Shown here one piece after another: positions 18,200-30,422 of a DNA stretch of 64,000 nt. Both the position numbers and the translations under genes were made by a program. A model generated the notes under the pieces. That model worked only from the letters and a program-made list of their open reading frames with translations. It was not told where the DNA came from and did no database searches. Numbering within the stretch: position 1 is the first letter of the stretch; every line of letters starts with the position of its first letter. The DNA is from Rhynchopus sp. YZ270_cl-10 (taxonomy: Eukaryota): contig OZ037840.1 in assembly GCA_964035575.1 (NCBI GenBank), forward strand, positions 248,001 to 312,000. The letters run 5' to 3'.

Positions 18200-19600
18200 G
18201 AAACTTTCAGCTAAAGGGAAAGATGGGGGCACAAACCTAAGAAAACATCCCCACTTCCGCATACCCCCACAACCCCACCACACCACCCTGGTCATCGTGT
18301 ACGAGCTCAGCCCTCGGGAAGGGGAGACGTGGAAGCATGCGGGTGTAATATTCATAGAAAAAAGGGGGGTGAGGGTGAAGGTAGCATAGGACCCGGTGCA
18401 GCGCGGCGAACAACCACCTGGATGGTGGATGGTGGATGGTGCTACGTCTGTGCAGGAAAAGGTGCTCCGCCATCGACAACGTCGTACTGTGTCATTCCAC
18501 ATCATCCTAAACGTAAGCCACCCATGAGAACCATGGAAGGACACCCACCCATGTCTGTGGTTGCCTGCCACAACTCACCCCACAACTCTCACCAACGAAG
18601 TGCTGAATGCCCCAATTGCCCAACCCAACCCACGAACGACACAAGAGCTCCATGTGGGCACTATGTAACACACATTTGCACACCGGTGATAAGGTCCCAA
18701 CTCATGCAGGCGGGAAGGTGTCCCGACACTGGCCGGAGATAGGGTGCATGACGCATCCCTGCCAGAGGACGGGTGCCCATATGAGAAGGAAGAAGACCCT
18801 TGCCCAACCCAACGTACCAAGTGTATGAGGTGTGGGAGGTGAGGCAAGAAGGCGAGAGAAGCGTCTGCACCACATCACTGCCAAGGTGTCGGCAGTCGAC
18901 ACATGGCGTGCGAAGAGGTGCAGGCTCCAGAAGACTGCGCCAAACATGCCGCCCAGGACACAAACCCTCGCTGCCTGCAGGTCTCGACCACACGACCCCT
19001 CTGGACTGCAACGAACAAAGCACAACGCGCACATCCACCTTCCTCCACAGCCACCACAGTGGTTTCTCTTCGTCTCCTGTCGACATCCCTCCTCCCCTCC
19101 CCCACACACCATCACCCCACACTCTCCACCCCACATCCACATCCATTACAACATTAGCCGAGAACCAGAAGACGCTGTTGCACCTTATCGCAACCGCCTC
19201 ACGAACCCCTACCACTAACAAACGAACGACGTCCAGGTGGTGATGCCATTGCACATTGCCGTCACCCTCACACCCCACCCCCACCCCTCTAGCTTTTGCC
19301 AACATCCCTGCCCCCTGCAGCCACGTCTACCCCACATCAACGCCGTCCACCCCCTCTGAATACCCCACCCCCTCTCCTCGAGGCCCCCTACCCTGCCCCC
19401 AGCTGCTACCTGCTACTGGACACAACACCACTGCCCGTTGTCCCTCACCTCGCGTAGGATTTAGCTAAAAGGGAGCTCCTCACGACCCATCCCTCCCTTG
19501 GCTTTTACCATTCAAGGCTTACGCCTGCATTGGGCACGCTGGTTTGTTCACAGTAACATCGATGGTCGACCCGTGTGCGCATGGTATACGCGTAGACGCT
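18200..19600 (+). pseudogene. Possible decayed non-LTR retrotransposon remnant
   Basis: GC-rich stretch with broken frames; EGETWKHAGV resembles the RT YLG region and PCPSCYLLLDT (~19390-19430) resembles a CCHC knuckle. Weak. Confidence 0.35.
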
Positions 19601-20576
19601 TTCGGCAATGAAGGAACCAGCCAAGACAACATTCACCCCCAAAAAAGGCCACCTCACCCCACCCCCAGGTCTTTGGAAAATATTTAAAAAAAAATCAACA
19701 GAATTTACTTTCTATTTAACACCCCCCCCCAAGAGGGAAAGGTTGGGGGAGAGGGCTAGAGACTCACACTTCACCACATCCCACACCCATCGCCCATCAA
19801 CCATCAACCATACTACTTTTTGCTGTGCCGACGAATTCGCATAACGCACGCAAGCCTTGGTGGGGGGGGGTAACCAAGGGTACTCAAAATGACGCCTTTT
19901 GACCTCCTTTTTTTCCCCCCCTCAGCTTGCTTTTTTCCCCGCAGGTGGAAACTGCTGGTCATAGCAGCTGCATCTATGTGAATGACAGAAGTGGCTTTCT
20001 TCGGTCATAACGGCGGCTGCTGACCGAGGAGGAGGAGGTAAACTTCTAGCAATAAACGATCATCTGATACCTGCCGCACAGCTTGCAGACAGCAACCCCC
20101 CCATCCGATGATGATGCATTGTTAGGCAGTGGGATGTTTCACGCTTGAGTCGAAATAGGACGTCATCTTCGGAGCTGCAGTGCCCTCCACGCCGTCTGTC
20201 TGCCCCCAACCTCGAATCTGCCATGCTGTCCAGCCACCACAGTGTTCTCTTCAGCCACGGAGCTGAGGGTGCATCATGCCGTCACCCCACACCCACCCAC
20301 CACCCTTCGCACTCCTGACAGTGTCGCAGACGTACCAGCCACACCTTCTCTAAGCTGGTGTCATTTTGAGCTGCCGTCATGCACGTACAGTGTCCCTCCC
20401 TATACTGTGCACGTGCTACGTCATTCCAGGGTGGAAAATGGTCAACAGGATAGCCAATGTGTGTTCATTTCTCTGCATTTCAGGTAGCGGAATGTCCATG
20501 ATTTTCCCAGCAATCCTACAACGAAGCACCGAGATGCGACATCGTAGCTTTTGAGGCGAGCAATTAACACCTTTGC

Positions 20577-20830
20577 CTTAGGACCGACTGACCCACGTCC
20601 AAATGCTGTTTTGACGCAGGGAAACCTTCTTCCACATTCGGTCTTTCAGTATTGTTCTCCATTGAATATTCGCTACAACCAAGATCTGCACATCACCCAC
20701 GCTCCAGAGAGGCTCACGCCAACTCCTTCGCGGCGTGGGTCACGCACTCCTACGCATGCCATGTCTACACGCTGTTGGCGCTATTGCACTGCACAGGACT
20801 GCTGTCGCTGGGGCATCGGCTTAATGAACT
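20577..20830 (-). pseudogene. LSU (28S-type) rRNA fragment, copy 1
   Basis: The + strand reads cttaggaccgactgacccacgtccaaatgctgtt...gaatattcgctac..ccaagatctgcac, the reverse complement of a conserved LSU segment, with indels. Confidence 0.85.
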
Positions 20831-21874
20831 GTTGGGTGTAGGGTGGTCAAATGAGGCGGTGGTGAGACAAGGTGACAGTCAAATAATAAATGATAATGAT
20901 ACATGCTTCTGCTGAGAGAAAAAAATATTGTTTGATTATAGACCACTGATGACAGACACAATTTTTTGCACAGGATCCTTAAAAAAGAGAGCAAATAGAA
21001 GGAGCACGCTTTGCAGTAGCTTATGCTTAGAGGAAAAATGAAACATTGCCAGATGAATGTCTCTCATGCATACATCATTACCACTAGTCGGCAACTGGTG
21101 GGGGAAAAAAAATCCACGTAGGGAATTCCCTACGTCCCACAGAAAGGCTTGTTCACACAACATTTCTACAATTTTTCTCTTTTTTGTTTTGAAAACTTGT
21201 TTGTATTAGTGTAGACACCCGAGAATGCACTCCACTTCGCCCTTCAACTTCAACATGGATGCTGCCGAAACTGAAGCACAATTTTAGGGCTTTAAAAAAT
21301 ATTTTTTTTGGGGTGCTTCTACTCACTCTGAGTGGGTGTGTGATGGATATTCGGGACTATGTGGGGTCCGGGAGGGGTATTTTGGGGGTTTCAGGCAAAA
21401 AAACGAAAAAAATATGACCGTAACAGGGGGTGTGCAAAGTGTCTTGGGGATGTCTTGGGGACGTCTTGGGCATTTTTTTGACCTAAAAACACCAAAAAAA
21501 CACTTCCAAAAGTGTCAAATATGTCCAAAACAGGTTGGAATGGACTCACAGGCCACTTTTGGGGTATATTTGTGCCAAAGGAGGCTTTGTGATGTCAAAA
21601 AATATCCCGGTTTTTGATTTTTTTCTCGAAAAATCGCTATTTTGCCCAAAGTGGCCAAAACGTGAAAAAAGCCGTTTTTTCACTATTTTTTTCCATTTTT
21701 TTGTATTCTGGGGTGGCTTCTGGGTCGTTTTTCGACCCACAGGCCCCCTGTGACCCACTCTGAGGGTGTTTTTCACCCGCAGTTGCCTTGGAGATGACCA
21801 GATAATGCCAAATGAATTTTCCGTGCGCAAAAAATGGCTGGAGTCGTACCCCCTACCCCCCCCCCCCCCCCCCC

Positions 21875-22734
21875 CAGTGTTGGCAGAGTACGTGTACGTT
21901 GTACTTTTTGTACTTTGTACTTTTGTACTTTTTGACGTACTTTTTGGCGCCCAAATCCGTACTTTATGACCCTATATTTTACCCTGGGAATTCGACACAA
22001 GAAGAAGTCCGTTTTGGCTGACCGCTGTGAAGCTGACCCGCATCCCCCCTCACTCGTGCCAGTGCGAGGGAACATTCTCCGATATGGGGTTCGTCACTTG
22101 TGCACGTCGGCACAATATGGGACCTGTGAACATTCACCGCGCCACCTCGCTGTACAAAAAACTGAGGGCGAACAGGGAGGAGTGCTGGTGAGGGAGAATC
22201 CGGAGGGGGAGAACGAACCACCGACAAAGCGGAGTAAGAAGACTGATGACGCGCCCGTAAGCGAGATTGACTTTACTACCATTCTGTGAACCCCATAACC
22301 CCATCCCTTTTCCCCCTCCCAACTGTTCGAGGTGTAGTCATCTACCCCCTACTGTATCTCGACTTTGTTGGACCACACGTGATCACACGTGACCGACAGG
22401 AAACACCATCTCCCATTGCTTCTTGACTCCGAGGCGTCGCTGTTCGAGAACCAGGTGCCGCTGTCTGTGAACCTGCGAAGCACGCGCACATTCTTGAGAA
22501 GCCGTTCATAGCTCTGTGCACCCTCCTATTTGTACTTTTTAATCATTTTCCGTACTATACTGCCCTCAAACCTTTTTTTTGCCCCCACACTGGTACACCA
22601 GCTGCACAAACCCGGCCACAAACCCAGATGTACTTTTTGTGTATTTTTTGTACTTTTTACGTACTTTTTGTACTATTGTACTATTGTACTTTTTACGTAC
22701 TTTTTAAAATTGGACACGTACTCTGCCAACACTG
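21875..22734 (+). mobile_element. Internally deleted hAT transposon with a dimerisation-domain remnant
   Basis: TIR cagtgttggcagagtacgtgt; inserted in a poly-C run. The frame from 21985 reads WEFDTRRSPFWLTAVKLTRIPPHSCQCEGTFSDMGFVTCARRHNM, fitting the hAT C-terminal dimerisation consensus W....P.L...A.KL..IP.S...ER.FS.MG. Confidence 0.85.
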
Positions 22735-22768
22735 CCCCCCCCCCCCCCCCCCCCAAACAAGGCCCATA

Positions 22769-23344
22769 TCATACCGTATCAGAATCGTCATACGTCACAT
22801 CGATACTTTTCAGCAGCTGATGCACCATCACCTCCACCGACTTCCCTGTCCGCGCTGTCACTTCGTGGTACGCAGAGCCCCACGCCGCTGCAAGACTCCT
22901 GCCTTCCTGCTCTGTCACGACACGCTCATGGGTCAGATCCACCTTCGTTGCCACAAGCACAAAGGGCACTAATGGTGTATAGGCCCAGAGGTCGTTGTGG
23001 ATACGTTTCACCATCTCAAATGACTCCCTGCTGATGCTCGAGTACACGAGGATGTAGCCGTCCGTTCCGATCGTGTACTGTGGGTCAAAGAAGCCGCATT
23101 CGTCTTGCCCCACCGTGTCAAGGATGTGCACCAGGTAGTCGATTCCTTCTCGCGTCACCACTTTAGAGGACGTCTTGTTCGTCGTGGGGTAATGCTCGTG
23201 AGAGAACGTGCCCTGGGTGTACTGTTCGACAATGGAAGTCTTCCCTGTGTTGCTGTAGCCAAAGATGCAGAGCTTCCGCTGTCGGATGAACGACTGCTGT
23301 TGTTGTTGTTTGACAGAGAGTGTAGGTTTGCCTGGACTCTCCAT
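22769..23344 (-). CDS. RHEB: Rheb-like Ras-family small GTPase (divergent, no CAAX in the ORF)
   Basis: RKLCIFGYSNTGKT (G1), HYPT (G2), DTVGQDE (G3), IGTDGYILVYS, TKVD (G4), TAR (G5). Rheb-typical RK..GY, YPT and QDE features. Confidence 0.8.
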   Translation of the reverse strand: MESPGKPTLSVKQQQQQSFIRQRKLCIFGYSNTGKTSIVEQYTQGTFSHEHYPTTNKTSSKVVTREGIDYLVHILDTVGQDECGFFDPQYTIGTDGYILVYSSISRESFEMVKRIHNDLWAYTPLVPFVLVATKVDLTHERVVTEQEGRSLAAAWGSAYHEVTARTGKSVEVMVHQLLKSIDVTYDDSDTV

Positions 23345-23491
23345 AGTTTAATAAAGAAAGGGAAAAGTTTGTGCACCTAGAAAATTGTAAGGGCAGGCTC
23401 ACTTTTGTCTGTGTTTATTGCTCGCGCGCGCGGAAAATTTTGAGAATTCCAAAAAAAAAAAACATGGGAAAAAAAAAAAACATTGTATATA

Positions 23492-25201
23492 CCAGGCTTT
23501 GCGCTAACTTCTGTCCTTTGTCCCGGGATTTTTGGATATTTTTGTGGTGCGTTTTTTTTTTGCAAACCGGGGTTTCCTTAAGAAAACCAGAGAATCTCAT
23601 ATTTCATAGTAAGGGTACTTTAGAGTGTTTTCACACACACACATGTGACCCCACCGTGGAGAGCAATCGGCTCGCGCGATCAAAAGAAAGCAGAGAAGAG
23701 GGAAAAGAAAAAAAGAAAAAAGTTGGGTACCGTGCGCCTGCGGCGCTACCTGTTCCTACCCTCCTTTATGTTTAAACATGATGTACTTATGTACAGTTCA
23801 TTTTATTTTGAGTACGACTCCACATCCCCCCTGAGGATGATCTCCCCTCCCTCACGGATAAAGATTGATTAGGACGCCGTGGGGCACACCCCCTCCGAGG
23901 CCATAACCGTCCTGGGTTTTCTCACTCTTCTCTGTGGTCACTGAAACCCACAGCCATCACTACGTTACCGATAGCTTCTTCAGTACGTTGGGTTTTCAGA
24001 CCTGAAAATAACCCTTGTTTACGAGTATGGGCTCATGTTTTGTCAAATTTTAAGTCGCTTGGTGTGGCTGAAACCAGCAAATTTCACTGCTAAAGAACTG
24101 CTAACAAACTGCTAAATAATACCCTTTTTTTAGGGGTGGTGTATAAAAACATTTTTTTACCTTGGTTTTTCCACTCCCCCTGTTGGCGCGCCTCCACTCT
24201 TGCATACCCATGTGTGACCCCACCGTTGAACGCAATCGACTCGCTGAGTCAAAAGAACGCACAGAACGGGGCTGGAAAAAATCACGAAAAACGCGTACCG
24301 TGCGCCTGCGGCGCCCACAAAGTGAGTTTTCCCCCTGAGTATGCTGTGTATACTGTGTATACTGTGTATACTGTGTATACTGTGGAAATTGACCAAAAAC
24401 GAGAACTTGTTCATTTCGGCGAATTGACCCCACCACTGGCCGGACGGATTCCGGAAATGCAAATGCCGGCGTTAAAAAGCTCACCAACGAAAAAAAAAAT
24501 TTTTTTTTCCATCACCCGTGGGGAAAATTTTTTTTATACACCACCCCCCCAAAAATGCATGCTAACAAAGTGCTAACAAACTGCTAAATAATACCCTTTT
24601 TTTTGGGTTCAGCCACACCATCGCTGCATTTTTGTCCATTTTTCCGTACATCCCCCACCACAATCCGGGATTGGTTCGGAAATGCAACAAAACGACCTCT
24701 TGGCGGGGAAAAGCCACAGGAAATTTATGCACTTTTTGCAAACAGGGGTTTCCTTACTAAAACCAGAGGAATCTCATCGTTCAGAGTAAGAGTACTTTAG
24801 AGTGTTTTTGGACACACATGTGACCCCACCGTGGAGAGCAATCGGCTCGCGCGATCAAAAGAAAGCAGAAAAAAGGGAAACATAAAAAGACAAAAGTTGG
24901 GTACCGTGCGCCTGCGGCGCTACCTGTTCCCAGTAAAAACACCACAATTTCATCTGAATTTGGGTTTTCAGACCTGAAAATGCCCCTTGTTTAAGAGTAT
25001 GGGTTCATATTTTGTGAAAAGTTAAGTCACTAAAAGTTTGTCCATTTTCCCGAATATGCCCCACCACAGCGCGGGATTGGCTCGGAAATGCCACAAAACA
25101 CTGTTTTTTCACCCCCTGACGCACAACTATTTGAGGTGCGTTTTTTTGGTCCCGAAACACGTTTTTTCAGATTTTTTTCCAAAAGTTAGCGCGAAGCCTG
25201 G
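23492..25201. mobile_element. TIR element CCAGG..CCTGG inserted in a TA run
   Basis: TIR ccaggctt(t/c)gcgctaactt; tatata on both sides; contains internal repeats of the shared ~120-bp module. Confidence 0.75.
24060..24620. mobile_element. MITE TGGTGTGGCTGAA, 5-bp TSD, copy 1 (short 9-mer array)
   Basis: TIR tggtgtggctgaa / ttcagccacacca; TSD tcgct; inverted homologue at 51721-52496. Confidence 0.88.
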
Positions 25202-25203
25202 TA

Positions 25204-26393
25204 TATACATAGCGCTCTAATTAGAGTATTAGGGTATAATTAGAGTCTGGGATTTTGGGCCAAGTCAGTTAGAGTCCAGTTAGAGTATAATTAGAGTCGC
25301 TTTTCTTCAATTAGACTATAATTAGAGTGTAGTTAGAGCATAATTAGACTCTAACTACACTCTAATTATAGTCTAATTAGAGTAAAACAACAGGCTTCTT
25401 GTAGGTGCAAACGCCGTAAGGAACCGGTTCCCCTAAGGTTCCTCTGTAGGACCCAGGTGCCCAGGTACCCACATAGCTGAAAATAAGACTTGGGGACCGA
25501 GTTCTCAGCCGGACTGGGACACGATATGTGAAGGCGCTGTGGTCCGCCTGAAAGCGGGTCGGGGACCCGGTCGCGGGAGGGTGGGGGCCAGTCCTACTGT
25601 ACCTAGTACCCAGTACCGGGACTCGGCTTATTCTCAGCTATGGGTACCCAGGTACTCAGACCCGCGCAGTGGCACATGCCCTCAAGTGTGAGTGACCCGG
25701 GCATTATTGAAGGTGTTTGGGGTGCAAAATTTTCTACAAATGTTGATGCGCGGGTACAGAAGTGTTGTCTTGTTCTTTCATCTGTAGGAATGTAAATATC
25801 AATCGAATTTAACTACCACTAAGGGGTCGAAGGGGTAATCCCAGTATCAACGGCTGTGTTGACGGGAAATCTATAGCGAGCATACGTTCATTTCAGCCGA
25901 AGAAATACTACTTATGAACCCAGGAGAGATCCAAGCCTCGCGTTGAACAACTACCCGCGATCGACAATACCAAAGAGAATTCATAACAAAACAACACTGC
26001 CACATACACACTAAATAGCCATGCTTCAAGTGCATGCCCCTGGGCCAAAATTCCTGTGCTAAAAAGGCAACAAGACCACCCACAAGGAGTGTGAATTGTG
26101 CACTGGTTTTCTGGGGGAACAAACAATATTTTCTTGTGTCTGGTTCTCTGCAAGCAGAGAACAGACTTTCTGGATTACAAAGTCGAATTTCTTGCACTAG
26201 CTATGCCTGGGTTGATGGCTATAGCATTGATTGATGTGCCCCTCTTTATTGACCCTCTTATAGGACTCTAATTAGACTCTAATTAGAGTCCAGTTAGAGT
26301 ATTAGAGTTCAGTTAGAGTTTTAAAGACTCTAATTATACTCGAACTGCCGACTCTAATTATCTAGTTAGAGTCTAATTGGAGCGCTATGTATA
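25204..26393. mobile_element. TIR element TATACATAG.., rich in taattagag repeats, copy 1
   Basis: TIR tatacatagcgctc(t/c)aattaga; probable attgta duplication once the 23492-25201 insert is removed; homologue at 34842-36144. Confidence 0.8.
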
Positions 26394-26409
26394 ATTGTAG
26401 TAATATTAG

Positions 26410-27582
26410 GAGGTGTCTGCTCTTGAAAAGGAGGTCGGATATACATGCGGAGAAGAGTTTCCGCCCAGCACTTCGTCGTTATTCGAAAAATGTTATGTTA
26501 AACAAGAGCGCAGCTGTCTTCACGCAATCGAATGGCTTCTTTTTCAATCTCTGCAGGCCAAGAAGAAGCCACCGATTTGTGCACACTGCGGAACAACGGA
26601 AAATCTGCAGAATCCAAAGGAAGAAGTGACGAAACGGTATGGAACAATTCAAAAACTCTGCGCTAGCTGTACAGAAAAGGGGTATCCCGTCGTTGCCAAA
26701 AATGAAAAACCAGTACAAAACCCAAGGGTGTTCCCACAGCGTACCACTTCAGACCCTGTTCCTCCAGCCGCCCCGTCGCAACCAGGTGCCCCATCGCAAC
26801 CAGCCGCTCCATCGCAACCAGGTGCCCCGACTCAACCCAATGTTGTCAACGACTCCCTGGTGGAGTCTGTGACAGACGACACCACCAAAACTTGCGGCAT
26901 CATCTGTAACGGAAGTGCATCCATTGGCAGCGTTCTACAATGTTTGTATCACTCAAAGTACGTGAGGGATGTGATTTTGAAATGTACTAACAACGACCCA
27001 TGTTTCAAAGCTCTGAAGACCTTTCTTACCAGGCTTGCGGTGGAAGACGGGAAGGCTGCGAACTCTGGCACGCTCGTTAAAGCTTTAAAAAAAGATAGTG
27101 TGATAGAGAAATGTCTTGAGGGTAATAATGGTTATGAGTTCTTTTCGTTGCTCTTGAACAAATTCGATAACCCTCATACCCTTTTGACTGAAAAATGCGA
27201 GTCTGTTGAGGAAGCGAGCAAAGCGATCACCGAAAACCCTAAAGCATGGGTGTTTGGTGAAACTGAATCCCCCCCGCCGTTGTCTTTCAAGAGCGGTGAT
27301 GATATGTTTTCGGTTGTTCTGTTTTGTAGGAAGCATGCGATTGGAAACGATACGTGTTATGTGCGCAGAGACGAAAACACATGGATGAAGTACAGTGGCA
27401 GACAGGTAAGCGTTGTCAAGAACCCGGACATGGATCGACGATACCTGACAGTGTACCACCGTGCTGCCACTGCGAAGCGGAAACGTGAGAGAGACTCAGA
27501 CGCCCCCTCCGCAAAAAAGCAGAAAACGGAGAGCAACGATGTGGCGAAAATGGATGAGGATGATGAGGACGAGCTTTTTTAA
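26410..27582 (+). CDS. Transposon-encoded terminal exon: Cys-rich transposase C-terminus (Zator-like) + Pro linker + degenerate USP/C19-like domain + NLS/acidic tail
   Basis: YTCG...LFEKCYV...SC..AIE....ICAHCG...LCASC; APSQPG repeats; USP Cys-box-like CGIICNGSASIGSVLQCLYHS; His-box-like GNDTCYVRRDENTWMKYSGRQV. Starts after a tag (possible acceptor) at 26407-26409 with no ATG; lies inside the TIRs of 23391-28026. Confidence 0.65.
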   Translation, partial: EVSALEKEVGYTCGEEFPPSTSSLFEKCYVKQERSCLHAIEWLLFQSLQAKKKPPICAHCGTTENLQNPKEEVTKRYGTIQKLCASCTEKGYPVVAKNEKPVQNPRVFPQRTTSDPVPPAAPSQPGAPSQPAAPSQPGAPTQPNVVNDSLVESVTDDTTKTCGIICNGSASIGSVLQCLYHSKYVRDVILKCTNNDPCFKALKTFLTRLAVEDGKAANSGTLVKALKKDSVIEKCLEGNNGYEFFSLLLNKFDNPHTLLTEKCESVEEASKAITENPKAWVFGETESPPPLSFKSGDDMFSVVLFCRKHAIGNDTCYVRRDENTWMKYSGRQVSVVKNPDMDRRYLTVYHRAATAKRKRERDSDAPSAKKQKTESNDVAKMDEDDEDELF

Positions 27583-28827
27583 GTGTTATCCGGGCTAGGG
27601 AGGGGGTGTGCGGGTGTGGGGGGTGGGGGCCCAATTTGATGTAGATAAGTTCGGGGGATGAGGAGGGGGTGAGTGGTTTTCGTAAAAACCAAAAAACGTT
27701 GAAACTCCCTACTCCCCCCAATACAGGCTGTATCCTAAGTCGGGAAAAAAACCACCATTTTCGGACCCGTCGTGTCCCAGAATTTTTTTTCCCAAAAAAA
27801 AAAAAAAAAAAAAGACAAAAAAAAAGAGCACAAAGCAAAACGTAACAAAAATTTCATAAACCCATTTGACCCCCAATAATAGATTCTCCATCCCCAACGT
27901 GTGTGTGTTTTTTTTTTTCTTATTTTTTTTTCCCATGTTTTTTTTTCCATGTTTTTTTCTTGCGCGCGCGCGCGGAAAATTTTTGGGCCCTCCGAGCATT
28001 AAACACAGACAAAAGTGAGCCTGCCCTAAGTGGTTATAGACAACAAAAAAAAATGGGGGGTGTACCGTGTAGCGATGGATTAGTGAAGTGAAGTGAATCA
28101 ATACCATAGAAAGGAAGCGCAATTAACGGGGGAGGGGGGATTTATTCTTTTTTTTTTTTGCAAAAAAAATAATTCGCTCGCGTTTGGAAAAACGGGCAAG
28201 GGAAGAGGGGGGGGATGATGGGGACTAAGAAGGGAAACCCTAAATGGTAAGCTGTAAATAGTGTGGTCAAAAAAAATTATTATTCTTTTTTTTGAAGGAT
28301 TGAGTGCCTCTCTCATGCAATTATTGTTGCGGGTTTAGTGAAACTGGCGAGTCAGACAGGACTTCGCTATCCATAAAAGAACAACACTCAATATGGTGAT
28401 ACAAACGTCGGGTTTTCTGCTTCTTTTGATAACTTGTTGGAGTAGTGCAGTTGCCTTACGAGCAACCTTTCTTTTTTTTTGAAAAACTTGGTTGTTTTAG
28501 TGTTGACACAAGATGAACTCCACTATATATTATTTTTTCTTTTTGCGCGGGGAAAGGGGGGAACAAGCATTACCAGACCAGGGGAGGGATTTTTTTTGTG
28601 ATTTGCTGCACAAATTCCCACTGTCGAGGCACTTCAAAAAGGGGGGAGGGGGATTGCAAAAAAAATGCAACAAATGCAAAATTAAAAATGAATGGAAAAG
28701 AGAGTGTGGTGTGTTTAATTTGAGGTTGCAGCCGCAAAACCGCTTCAGCAAACGCAGGCACAAATTGTACCTTGCCAGCAATACCAAAAAAAAGAGAAAA
28801 AAAAAAGGGTTGACTTGAAAACAAAAC

Positions 28828-30000
28828 CAGGGGTGTCGCTAATTTTGGGGAAATTTTTGAAAAATCTGAAATCGGGGTGCAATTTTTTTTTTTTACGTGG
28901 GGATTTTTTTTCCATTACCAGGGGGCGAAAAAACAGTGTTTTGTGGCATTTCCGAGCCAATCCCACGCTGTGGTGGGGGATATACGGAAAAATGGACAAA
29001 CTTTTAGTGACTTAAATTTTCACAAAATATGAACCCATACTCTTAAACATGGGTCATTTTCAGGTCTGAAAACCCAATTCAGATGAAATTGTGGTGTTTT
29101 TGACATTACTGAGAACAGTAGGTAGCGCCGCAGGCGCACGGTACCCAACTTTTGTCTTTTTCTTTTTCCCTTTTCTCTGCGTTCTTTTGATTGTGCGAGC
29201 CGATTGCTCTCCACGGTGGGGTCACATGTGTGCGCTAAAATACGCTAAAGTACCCTTACTATGAAGTATGAGATTCTCTGGTTTTAGTAAGGAAACCCTT
29301 GCAAGCATGTTCCCAGATCACGAAAAAAGGGGAGGCGTTTTTGTTGATTGCATCGTCCGATGCGGTGCAATTGCAGAAAGTGATGGGGTCATTTTGGAAA
29401 AATGGACGAGTTTTCGGTATTTAAGTTTTCACCATTTTTTTATTCCTGTGCACTTTTCGAGACTGCCGATTCTCGTAAACAAGGGTCATGTTCAAGTCTG
29501 AAAACACAGCTTCAGATGAAATTGTGGTGTTCTTGACTGAGAACGGTAGCGCCGCAGGCGCACGGTACCCAGCTTTTGTCTTTTTGTCTTTTCCTTTTTC
29601 TCTGCGTTCTTTTGATTGCGCGAGCCGATTGCTCTCCACGGTGGGGTCACATGTGTGCGCAAAAACACGCTATGGTACCTTTACTAAGGAAACCCTGGTT
29701 TGCAAAAAAAAAGGGTAAGGCAGGGTAAGGAAATCCCACCCAAAAAAAAAATCTTCGCGGGGTGAGGGCGGCACCTGGTGATTTTCCCTGGCCCCCAAAA
29801 ACCTCGTTTTTGGAACGTTCTGACACAACCGAGTTCACGGTGGCCTCTCACTTAAAAAAAGAACAAGTTGTTAACACATTAAACCCACCCTGTATTAGGT
29901 GCAAATTTTTTTTTTCCTACACAGATTTTACTAGGGGTGCAAATTTTTTTTTTGGTTTTGAAAAAGTCGGGACCCTGGACCCGAATTAGCGACACCCCTG
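28828..30000. mobile_element. hAT-type non-autonomous element
   Basis: TIR caggggtgtcgctaatt; 8-bp TSD aacaaaac at 28820-28827 and 30001-30008; two reverse copies of the shared module inside. Confidence 0.88.
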
Positions 30001-30311
30001 AACAAAACACACAAAAAAAAAAAAAAATCAATTTTCGAGCGAGTAGTAATCTTCCGATATTCTGTAAGGAAAATTTGAGTGGGGAGGGAGAGAGCACTTG
30101 TAAAGATAATTCTAAGAATTCATCCAAGAAAACTTGTCAGATGAATGAGCCTCTCGTGCACACACATCTTTTACCGCTATCGTTCTCGCGCTTGGAATAA
30201 ACACATATGGGTACACTGCTTCACTGACGTATGACAAAGAAGAACAATTTAGTGAAAGGTGAATACAAGCCTCCCTTGTCCTTGGCTCCCTTCAGAATAG
30301 GGCAGGCAGTT

Positions 30312-30378
30312 TGGTGTGGCCGACGACCCCAAAATAGCAGAAAATAGCACAAAATAGCACCCCCTTTCAGCTACGCCA
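30312..30378. mobile_element. Mini-MITE of the TGGTGTGGC family (intronic)
   Basis: tggtgtggc...gctacgcca with aaaatagca repeats; flanks cagtt / tagtt; related inverted copy at 50656-50750. Confidence 0.6.
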
Positions 30379-30422
30379 TAGTTGTACAAAAAAAAAGGGG
30401 TATCAGTAGAAATAGCACATAC

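Larger units (their letters stand above)
23391..28026 (+). mobile_element. Zator/Harbinger-type element (GGG..CCC, TAA TSD) retaining a terminal coding exon and three nested insertions
   Basis: ~34-bp TIR gggcaggctcacttttgtctgtgttta(t/a)tgctcg; TAA at 23388-23390 and 28027-28029. Confidence 0.85.

Noticed and set aside
19945..20040. Plus-strand exon-like segment (pyrimidine tract-cag ... gtaaac)
   Set aside because: No partner exons or recognisable product, so it cannot be supported.
20577..20830. Functional rRNA gene
   Set aside because: Short, indel-containing, isolated fragments with no surrounding rDNA unit.
21285..21855. AT-tract-rich TE-like segment
   Set aside because: Probably repetitive, but I could not define convincing TIRs or a TSD.
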